64,000 nucleotides of DNA from Macrostomum lignano (taxonomy: Eukaryota). This document shows positions 54,219 through 64,000 of the stretch, piece by piece. Positions within the stretch are counted from its first letter, which is position 1; every line of letters starts with the position of its first letter. Under the pieces are notes generated by a model. The model was not told where the DNA came from. It saw only the letters and a list, made by a program, of their open reading frames with translations, and searched no databases. A program made the position numbers and the translations under genes. The stretch covers positions 496,001 to 560,000 of the forward strand of contig NIVC01000384.1 in the NCBI GenBank assembly GCA_002269645.1. Direction: 5' to 3'.

Positions 54219-56933
54219 ATATCGCTTGTACGAAATTTGTAACACGCCGTGATCTCTCTTCTCTCTCTACCTCTCTCCTCTCTCCTCTCTCTCTCCCTCT
54301 CTCTGATGAGTGAGAAGGGCGGCGGGAAACGCCTCTCAGTTAAAGCGTCAAAGCCTAATAAGGCCATGACATGGGTTAGGCCAAAGACATCTAAAAGCGC
54401 AGACATTACAGGCACTACCATCGGGTGTAGTCACGGTTGACGTTGTCTCACGCTTTTGACTGGCAACTTAAACAGTGAATGGCGCCAACTCGTTTCTGGT
54501 TCGCTCGGTCCCATCTAGCCGAACCAACGCTACCATATGCGTATTCCAAGATTTACCGTTATTATAGATGTCCAGTGCTGGTTGGCAGTGAGAAGGAGAG
54601 AGTAACGCGTCGAGATGCATACTTGCGATAGAGGTCCCTCAGTTAAAAGCCACCTGGTAGTCCAAAATGCTTCCCAATCAGCCATAGCCGTGCGTACAAA
54701 TGGCTCCGGATATTCGACAACCAAGAAGTCCATTTGACCACATGTAATCTCCAATGGTTGTTTAATCCAATTCGTCCTTGCCCTCCGCAGTAGACATTCT
54801 CATAGCAAGCGTCTAAAGCTTTTGCCATCTGAGATTGGCATCTGCTGCAGGCGACATGTGGATCACAAAGCCTCTCTATCCGGCCCTTGGGTCCTTTGAA
54901 ACTTAGAAAAGCAATCTGGTCCACTCAAATTTTGTTGTCTCATTTCAGCTCTCTGCTCTCTAATATCCTCTCATCCCTTTCTCTCCTCTCATCTCTTCTC
55001 CTCTCATCTCTTCTCCTCTCGTCTCCTTTCCTCCCTTATTTTCTCACCTCGCCTTTCTCCTAGCAATCTCCCTTCTCTATTCCCTCTCCTCTCTCCCCAT
55101 CCTCTGGCCCGCAGGCCATGAAGTAATGAAATTAAGTAAACATAATACAAAAAATTTTAAAAGACATAAAAGTGAGAGGGAGACCTGCTTTCAGGAGTCT
55201 ATGTCAAAACTAAAGATAAAGAGCCAAAAGTTATAAACAAAGGCATCTGTGAAAGTATCTTAGTCAACAATGAATAAGAATTAGCAAGGAAAAAAATCGA
55301 GAAATTAAATGCACAGAAATTCGGGCCAATCCTTAAAAATCGGGCAATCGGTCCATTTCCAATTCGGGCCTTGTTCCCACCACTGCACTCCTTCTCTTCT
55401 TTCAATTTACCGTTGCAGTACAGCTTGCGGAAAACTAAAAACTTATTGTCCTGTAACCGGCACAGTACAGGCCATAGATGAAGAATACTTCATTTTTCGT
55501 TCGTTTTCTCTTCGCTTTAATTTCAAGGACCACTAAGGAATTTTAATTCTTTTGCACGATTTGGAAGTGTTGGCTGATGCGTCTTTCTAGTCTAGTATAA
55601 TAGTTCTTGTTTAGTTTTTTCTCTATGGATAATATTAATCATTTTCTAGTGTCTATGGCCACGTCCAAAGATCTAGCGACTCGCAATTTAGCTATTTTTG
55701 TACTTCTATTATTCAACTAAAGGCATACCTAGTTATTCAAAGAGTTTGCAGTGAGTCGAAGCCGAGGTCAATAATCGAGACACGAATGCATTTTCTATGC
55801 AAGACTACACTGTACTGTACGAGTTAGTTACATGTACATGTACTTCATTCATTCATTCGTAGGTAAAAGCGTTTCAGCCCTAACGGGGCTCTTACGCTAA
55901 TAATTTTTTTTTGGTTTCGAAGTTAGGGTGACGAGCTAGTTACATGTACTTCAAGGAAATTAAGATATAACACAGCACGCTAATAAGCGCCACCCCACGA
56001 TAATGTAATAACAAAATTAGGCAGGTGTAGACTACTTAAAGTAGGGTCATTGCGTATAGTTACACATGTATAGGTAAAAATAAAGCATATTATCGATACA
56101 TATAGGCAAATGCAGGCATAGTGCTCATGAAAATGAAGCATAACACGATACATATCGGTATATTTTGCGCATAATTTAGGAACGTATTGAAGCAAATTAA
56201 GCATACTTTCGGTATAAATCGCTAATATTGAAGCATAAAATAGGCGCATACTGAGGCAAAATTAAGAATATATTGATGCATAGGCAGAAATATCGACAAA
56301 ATACACGCAATTTAGACTAAAAAAAGTATACAAATTAGGTGAAATGGCATATAGATAAGAAATTCTAGGGTAGCAATGACACGGATCTTATCAGGCCACT
56401 CCCATCCAGAGACAGAGGACAGAGCCTCCAAATGTTGTTTTTAACCCCAGAGGGGAACCCTGAGCAGGGTACAAAGACCAAAATCGTGTTTTGAGGGGAT
56501 CCGCATTGGAGTAGAGTGCAGAGAGGTGGACGGGGCGGGTCGGAGGCCTCGTACAGAGTGGCAGGTCTTATCACTCCGGAAAATCATACGGGCGGCTGAC
56601 AACCCCCGCACACCCTCTTAGTCATTACCCGTTGAAAAGTCTTGTCCATCTCAAGGGTCTTATCGCGCAGCTGGCCTTGTCGCGCCTGAACTGGGCCTGG
56701 GGCAGACGGACAGAGCCCCACACAGACCATATAAATGATAAAATATAGACCATTAAAGTGAAAAAAGTGGGCCATTTCCCCATGAGTCCCTGGTCGTGCC
56801 GTGTCAATTCGTGAAAGTGAGTCCTGCAGAACATAACTTCAGGCTTGTCTTTGTGCGCTATGTCAATCACAAGATAGACTTAGATAGAATAACTCGCGTT
56901 GGTTTGTTGCCAACAAGAATTTGTCGTTCAGAA

Positions 56934-56995
56934 TAGGGATTGCAATCCCGGGATCCCGGGATCGCAAAAAAACGGGAATTTGCAATCCCTGCAAT
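56934..56995. mobile_element. Palindromic mini-element or remnant (gggattgcaatccc, cccggg repeats), possibly hAT-like ends
   Basis: tagggattgcaatcccgggatcccgggat...ttgcaatccctg. Confidence 0.4.
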
Positions 56996-59290
56996 CCGCT
57001 TTTGCGTTCCCAAAAAACAAAGCTTTAGATATTACAAGGACTAACTGGACTAACTGGAAATTCAAAACACATCGTACTCCATATGTTTTTTTATCATGAA
57101 AGACAATAGTATGGGATTTTTCCTAGATCCCTACTATTCTCTCTTCCCCCAATTTTCCTCTTACCTGCTAGTTCATTCAGTCTACTAGCAGAACGAGCCT
57201 AGCATGCCTGGTCTGTTATCTGTTATTGGCCTGTGCCTGTCCCCTGTCCCACACGGACTCTCAAGGCAAGGATTTCTCTATAGCTAGAACTAGAAGGTCC
57301 GGGTCCGAGTGCCTCCACATAAGAGTTGGTGGTCCAGCTACTAGATCTACATGTATATCTCTATGCGAGAACCAGCTCTGGCAATCTCCAATTGGCCCGC
57401 AGCCCCACCCAACCCTGTCTCTGAAGTGGCCTATATAACAAATTCCCACCCTCCTGCGAACCTATAGGCTTTTTCTCGAAACCCTGCTGTAAACATGTCC
57501 CGCCGCGCTCTGTCCACACTCTGGGTAAACAACCAACCAACCCTCCAACGAGTTGACATCCATCCATCGACGGGGATATCCCTGAACACATTATCTCCCT
57601 AGGTAGTGTGTGTGACGGTCCTGATAATTGGCATAGTGAACAATACATGGCATAAGTTCCCGCTAGTAACGATAACGACTCTGAGATATTCGATTTACCC
57701 CTGGTCTAAGGCTTTGCTTTTGGTGGGGTCTCTAGCGAGACCCTCGATAACGCCTCCGGCCCAGTCTCTCCTACATCCCTCGCTGCGGGAGATCTTCTCC
57801 GATGACGACCAGTCTAGCGAGATTGCCGAGGCCCGACAGCACTTTGGCAGCATTGTCCAATCATTTTACAGCCGGGATATTGACTGGTTGAGGTCTCGGC
57901 ACCCTGGTGGTCTGCCTACTCCTGAGACCTTTATCCAGGCCTTTGACCGGGCTCTCGATACTATATAGCCTCGAGGTCTGGCGGTCTGGTCGAGGTTCAG
58001 GAGGCCTAGACAGTGTACCAGGACTGGCTGATGGGCCGGAATTCGTATGCGGAAGACCCCGAGGCTACCTGGCTGGTCCTGACACGCGCCCGACTGCTTT
58101 GGTTACGCCCGACCTCGATTTGGTAAGTTGATTGCGAATTTCATATACGCTGCATATTTCCTATATTGAATACTAGCGAGTTTTACTATCTATCTAGCTA
58201 GAATACTAGCTAGTATTGAATACTAGCGTGAGACCAATACTTCAATATTGTTTACTTTAACAGTCGGTGGACTACCGATTCGTGTCCGACAGAAGATGAG
58301 GCTGCGTTACGACACTGCCCTGACGAAGCGAGGGGCGGACGGAGGAGGTTGTGATCGAGTTTGACAAGGGGTTGCGGCTGTCCTACATAGTTGTTAAAAG
58401 TATATAGTCCACTAGATTAATACAATAATAGAAAAATGAGCTGTAAACCTCCCTTTTGCTTCCCCTGGCCCTAACCGCGCTTAATGTGTGAATTTGTGTC
58501 AGTATGCGCCAATATATGCTTAATTTTTACCTACTTTTGTTTCTATGTGCATTGTATGAGCTATCATTCTTAATTTTGTCTCAGTAATATACTTTATTTT
58601 CTGTAAAGTGGAAGGCCCTTTCTATTTCTATTTTGTGCGAAAATACTTAAACTTCACGCACCTCATCAAAAACGATTTGTTTTTTTCTGAGAATGAAGTA
58701 GAAGGAGCATATACCGTGTATACTACTGATAAGAAGGATAACCGAAGAAAAGCGAAGTAGATCTCGAAGCATGCATATAGAATACCGAAGGCCGTGAGCC
58801 TTTAATCTCGGGAACGCCCTGGACTGGAATATATACATGCAATAAATATACTATACTATAGCAACAGTAATATACCGCTCAGGCCTACAAATAACGCTAC
58901 CAGTGCAGAGAGTAAGAACGCTACCAGTAACGAGTAAGGAATATACTTAGATATATACTCAGACCAAATACTTAGACCTATAGTTAGACTGATACTTAGA
59001 CCTATACTACTATACTAGTAATATATTTGGAAAGGTAATTATTAGCCATGCGCAAAAACCTTGTCTATAACGCTATCGTTTTGTAGGTCTTTGATAAAAT
59101 GTCTTCTGGTCTTATTACAGATGAGATCAGTAGGGAACTCGAAAAGCTGAGGTGGAGCTCAGAACCTCAAACAAGCTACGTGTAGTATAATTTTTTACGG
59201 ACCAATCAGTGCAACCCGTTTGCAATGCTCCCGTTTATAAACCAATGTCTCAGCTCAAGACAAATAATCTCTCCAAGTGAACACCTTGTC

Positions 59291-61777
59291 ATGGACAAAC
59301 TAGGCAACAACCTGACGTCAACCGGTGGAGATGAGGCGGTCCAGGTGTTCAGCCAGTCTCTTATTTCTGCTTTGGAAATCTGCTGGACTGGCGGGGACTC
59401 CGCTTCCCGCCGCCTCCTGTGCGCTCTGTCCTCAGTACTCGGCATTCTTTCGGGCATCCCGACGCTCGTCGTCGTGCTGATTGGAGCGCCTGGCAACGCC
59501 CTGTCTGCCTGGCTGCTGCTCCTTCGAGCTCGCGCCAAGGAGCGCCGGACGCGCCAGAGCGTCTACCTGGGCGCCGCGTCGGCCGCGAACTGCGGCGCGG
59601 TGCTGAGCTACGGGCTGCTGCAGTTCTTCCTGCCCTACGGCCTGCCGTGGCTTAGCGGCGGCTCAGCCGGTCTGATTATCGGCGACGTGTCCGATGCTGC
59701 CTGTCAGACAGTCAGCTTCCTGATGGCCTGGCTGATCCTGCTGGCATATGGGCTGCTCACCGCAATGGCGTGCGACAGAGCGTTGGCCATGTGGCGCCCG
59801 TTCCGCAGTCAGCGGCTCGGTAATGACGCTTGGGAAACTGCTCCAGCTGAGCTATCTGGTTCTTTAGATTGGGTTGCTCGGGGATAAGTGCTGTGTACTT
59901 GGTTTTAAATGAGTTTAATTGGTCCTTCATACATGTATTGTTTACCTGGTCTTTCATGTTGTTTACTTGGTCCTTCATGTTGTTTACTTGGTCCTTCATG
60001 TTGTTTACTTGGTCCTTCATGTTGTTTACTTGGTCCTTCATGTTGTTTACTTGGTCCTTCATGTTGTTTTCTTGGTCCTTCATGTTGTTTACTTGGTCCT
60101 TCATGTTGTTTACTTGGTCCTTCATGTTGTTTACTTGGTCCTTCATGTTGTTTACTTGGTCCTTCATGTTGTTTACTTGGTCCTTCATGTTGTTTACTTG
60201 GTCCTTCATGTTGTTTACTTGGTCCTTTATATTGCCTACTTGGTTTTACATGAGTTTACTTGGTCCTTAAAGTTGTTTTCTTGGTTATAAATGAGTTTAT
60301 TTGGTCCTGTTGTTTGACAACTCAGCCATCGGGTTATGAAGTTATGAAGCTTGCGTGATGTGTCAGGGACGTCAAGTGCAAACGTTAGAGCAAACGGAAA
60401 CAGCTCATTAAAATTCTTTTTTGGCGGATGGCTGGAATCGATTGAGACTATCAGAAATGTCAGACTGTCTGCAGACTGTCAAACATGGGTAAAAAGGCGC
60501 TTTTGATTCTCTTTCAACTGAATCTGTCCACTACAGAAACTATACGTATGCATTCAAACTGCAGACTATAAATTAATTTCGAAGGCTGCTGTCCCTGTTA
60601 ATCAGTTTACAGCCGTTCCATCGAAATCAAACCCAACGCTCGGAGACTTATATGTGATTGAATACAGTGAGTGATTCGAGAGATAGATCCGCCGTCATGA
60701 TCGATTTTTAGATGTCCATGGTTCCAGTCCAGTTTTAGGTCTTTTTTCCTGAGGCCTACAAGTAACTTTAACTGTGTGTACTGTGAAACTACCATCGAAT
60801 TTTATGCAAGTCTACAAATCCGTGTATATTGGAGAGTTCAGAGCACCTACGCAGACAATATGCTGGTTCGGGAAGTTGTTATGCAGGAAGTTTTTGATCT
60901 GCAAACAGACTTTATTGGCTTCGGCATCATTTTACAGAAAAACGGTCTATAATGTAAATTATTTTTTCATTTTTACGAAAATTGACTGTCAGACATTTGA
61001 CTGTCACAATTTGGCTGCACAAGTTCAAAATTAGTCAAACCATCGGCAGTCAAATAGCTGATAAAGATGTATCCCTTGTTTCTGGAGTTCCTTTTGAAGA
61101 ATAAAAAATCAGAAAATGCCGCTTAAAAAGTGTCATTGAATGCTCACCTACCAGGTCGCGGATCGGCCATCCAAGTGAGCTCGTTGATCTCCCTGGCAAC
61201 CGGAATCGTGGCCAGCTACGCCCTCGCTGTGACTCGCTGGACGAGTAGCAATTCGACATCCTGCTCAAAGAATCCGTTCGAATCAGCTGTCCCAGCCGGC
61301 TTCAATGTCTTCTATGGCATCTGGCTCGGCTTCCCACCGGCGCTGCTGGTGCTGAGCATATTGGCCGCCAACGCCACCCTCCTGGCTCGAGTAGTGCGGG
61401 TTCGCCGGATTCACCAGCAGCTGGTGGCCACAAATCGGTCGGGTCAGCAGAGTCAGGCGCGTTGCCGAGTCAGGATGCTGGGCAACAGCAGCATCCGGAG
61501 CAGCATGCTCTGTCTGGCCGTCTCTGGGGCCTCGCTGGCCATATCGCTACCGTGCGTCGCTATGACAACGCTGGCCTCCTCGCTCAGCCTGCGGCCCAGC
61601 GCAGACCCGACTCTGCTGCCTGCCGTCCTGCTGCTCTGCCACATCAGCGAGCTGCTGGTTGTGTTCCAGCTGTCAATCAGCTGGATGCTGCTGGCCTGGC
61701 GAAGCTCCGAGTTCAGCTGTCGGCTGCTTCGATGCCTGAACTGCCAGATGCATGCCGGAGCTGGAGCTAGTGGTTAG
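59291..61777 (+). CDS. Atypical rhodopsin-like GPCR 2, 383 aa; exons 59291-59819 and 61155-61777
   Basis: Clear paralog of GPCR 1 (GAPGNAL, YLGAASAANC, LPYGLPWL, AMACDRALAMWRPF, GFPP, ISLP, SSEFS). Phase-1 junction G|GTAATG...taccag|GT. Confidence 0.85.
59915..60310. repeat. 21-bp minisatellite catgttgtttacttggtcctt in the GPCR 2 intron
   Basis: Directly visible. Confidence 0.96.
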
Positions 61778-62040
61778 AGCGTCGGACTCATGAATGAAAG
61801 GTCGGAGGTTCGATTCTAAACCCATATGAACAATCTGTGTCCTGAGCATTGCTTCAGTTCACCCAGCTGTAAAGTGGGTGCCAGCATTAGCTGGGATAAT
61901 TGAGGGTGTGTGGAGACCCCCCAGTCCTTGGACTGAACAGCCGTTATGCAGCCTTCAGATGAGCCCGCGCCAAATAGCTGCGGCTGAGCTGTCGGTCGCA
62001 CATCTGCCCGCAGGTGTAATCAATTATTATTATTACTATT
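61766..62040 (+). mobile_element. tRNA-derived SINE, copy 2 (same family as 9520-9805)
   Basis: A box tagtggttagagc, B box ggttcgattc, body cagttcacccagctgtaaagtgggtgccagcattagctggg, and (att)n tail. Confidence 0.85.
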
Positions 62041-63348
62041 GAAAAGTAGGAAAAGCCCATAAAGAACAGTTTGTACTGATTAATACAGTTCGATGAGCTA
62101 ATAAACAAAACCCTTTTAAAGAGCCCGCGGGAAACTAACTTTCTGCTGCCCATTAGTGCAACGTATTCAAACATCTTAGTCTCAAACTATCCTATGCGTT
62201 CAATATAGCTGGTCGATAGTTGTACGCAATAATGTACAGTCTAATGTACATGGAAAAAATCGTCCTCGACTGGAAAGGCTTTGCGTCGTGGATTGTGGAT
62301 AGTCTATGGCCAGCCCTGCTGACCACGCCGAATAAGAACGGATTTTATTAACTTCAGTGATCAATTCTTTCAAATTAATGAATTAATGGATAAATGATTC
62401 ACAGTAAAATGAAAATTGGCGACTACTGATAGCTAAAGTATATTGCAGCAATTAAAATATTTTTCGCGACAAGTGCTTATTGTGTACAATTGCGACAGAA
62501 GAAACTTATGAAGCTACTAAATAAACTAATAACATTGAGAGCGTTAGTCAGTAAATATTCAATTGTAAGTTTATGAAATATATGTTTCACTTTCCTCCAA
62601 AAAAAGACGACGAACACGCGAGATTCAAAAGCTTAAAAAGTAAGCGTCGGGAAAAGTACGTTATTCTTTATTATTTACGCAAAAGATAACTTTACTGCAT
62701 ACAATAGTATGGAAATAAAATCATAAATTTGACTATACTACTCTCAAAGAAGTAGTATTAACCGTTTTGCCCTTTCCACCTAATTGGTTTATTTATTGAA
62801 ACAGGCACACCGAGTGAGCAGGACCTTCTTATTGCCTTCGTCACTGTACGATCTTACCCGTCACTATTGTTGTACACTATGAATGAGAGAGTTTTCGAGT
62901 TATCTACAACTGGCAGTCGGACACACTATTCTAGATTAGAGCAAACCAGCTTTTGACTTCTACCAGCTATAGAACTATCGACTTCAGTTTTCAATTAAGG
63001 ATTAGAAACAAGTTCCATAGTAATGTGCTTTTCTTGCATTCCCTCACTTTCCCCACGCCTTTGCGACCCCACTGAGGGCTACTACTGTTGGTTTAGCAAC
63101 CAGGTGTCTACCTAGTCTCCCGGATAACACGTTTTCATAGTCTTTCAATACAATATTATCTGCAGTAATGTACTACGTAGACTACGTAGTTACTACGTTC
63201 GCACTTTAGGCGACTATTGTCGCACAACCGTTGAGAGGCATTACTGACCATTCCGCCGACTCCCCTGAGCAAGCGCACAAGCGCGCGGATACGTACGCAG
63301 TCATACGCACAGGCACACACTCACACAGGAGTGTACAGCGGCCCTAAC

Positions 63349-63520
63349 TTTATTTATCGTTAGGCATGTACACCTAACTGTGCCTTGGGGGTTGGCCCCT
63401 ATGGGCGTTAATTGCACGAGCAGAGCCAAGCCGAGATTCCAATTCAGCCCCAAGTTAATGTGACTGCACTAGGAATCGAGCCTGGGCTCCTGGCACATCA
63501 GAGCGCACCATTGGGCTGCG
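63349..63520 (-). mobile_element. Possible second tRNA-derived SINE family
   Basis: The minus strand reads gcccaatgg (A-like), ggctcgattcc (B-like), ~130 bp of body, then an ataaataaa tail. Only one copy is present. Confidence 0.45.
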
Positions 63521-64000
63521 GCCTTCCCTCAGGTTAGGTTGGGTATCAAGCTCTCCACTCCAACTCAGTCTTAGGCGTCAAGCAAGCTACCTAAAATACA
63601 TGTATGCCAAATGTATCAACCTGCTGCTCATAGCAAGAGTACTAAAAAAGTGTAATATACTCAAGCCTAGCCATCAAGGCATGTATCTATTTCTGTTGTA
63701 GCACAGCACGACTCAAGGGATTATTGTACAGTGAAAGTGACGTTGTGCGTAAAAAACCGATGCATAGCTAAGGCGGGCTAGTCAACCCTACGAGTCAACC
63801 TCACTACCAACCAATCCGAACCTCTAGACGAGTTCCAGCGAATCACAGAGCGACGGCTAGCTCTGAAAGGAAACAAGGCCAAATGAACTCAAGCTTGTAA
63901 ACATATCAACGTTTGAAGGCTGCGTAAATGAGTATAGTATGGGAGAAGGCTGGGGCAGAAGCGCTATACTACCGTCCAACAGACCAATCTGCTATCAATC

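Noticed and set aside
54303-54332. CUGAUGAG...GAAAC pair
   Set aside because: The intervening sequence cannot form helix II and lacks the G10.1-C11.1 pair.
59757-60209. (NNMKDQV)n heptad ORF that looks like a coiled coil
   Set aside because: It is the antisense translation of a 21-bp intronic minisatellite with no flanking coding context.

Overview
Eukaryotic (invertebrate metazoan) genomic DNA. GC-rich exons, AT-rich introns and very dense micro/minisatellites suggest a free-living flatworm such as Macrostomum; this is an inference and was not verified. Genes I could assemble from phase-consistent splice sites: an intronless atonal-family bHLH (3109-3528,-); a 3-exon polyQ orphan (15433-12704,-); a secreted PAN-like + C-type-lectin gene (20343-19262,-) with two pseudogene paralogs (~21112-21470,+ and 23847-24854,+); a 2-exon orphan fragment (27764-26607,-); an intronless 2-TM orphan (30946-31986,+); an 8-exon LRRIQ3 ortholog (44955-~33850,-); a 2-exon CCDC190-like gene (49679-50920,+); and two head-to-head atypical rhodopsin-like GPCR paralogs (53525-51968,- and 59291-61777,+). 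Mobile DNA: an internally deleted P-superfamily (THAP) element with 94-bp TIRs and a perfect 8-bp TSD, a Crypton-type tyrosine recombinase fragment, hAT- and Harbinger-like MITEs, tRNA-derived SINEs, and two decayed minimal hammerhead ribozyme motifs of the Penelope type. By my tally about 13-14 kb is tandem repeat, in more than a dozen unrelated units. No CRISPR array, rRNA or intact tRNA gene was seen. All calls are by eye, with no database searches.
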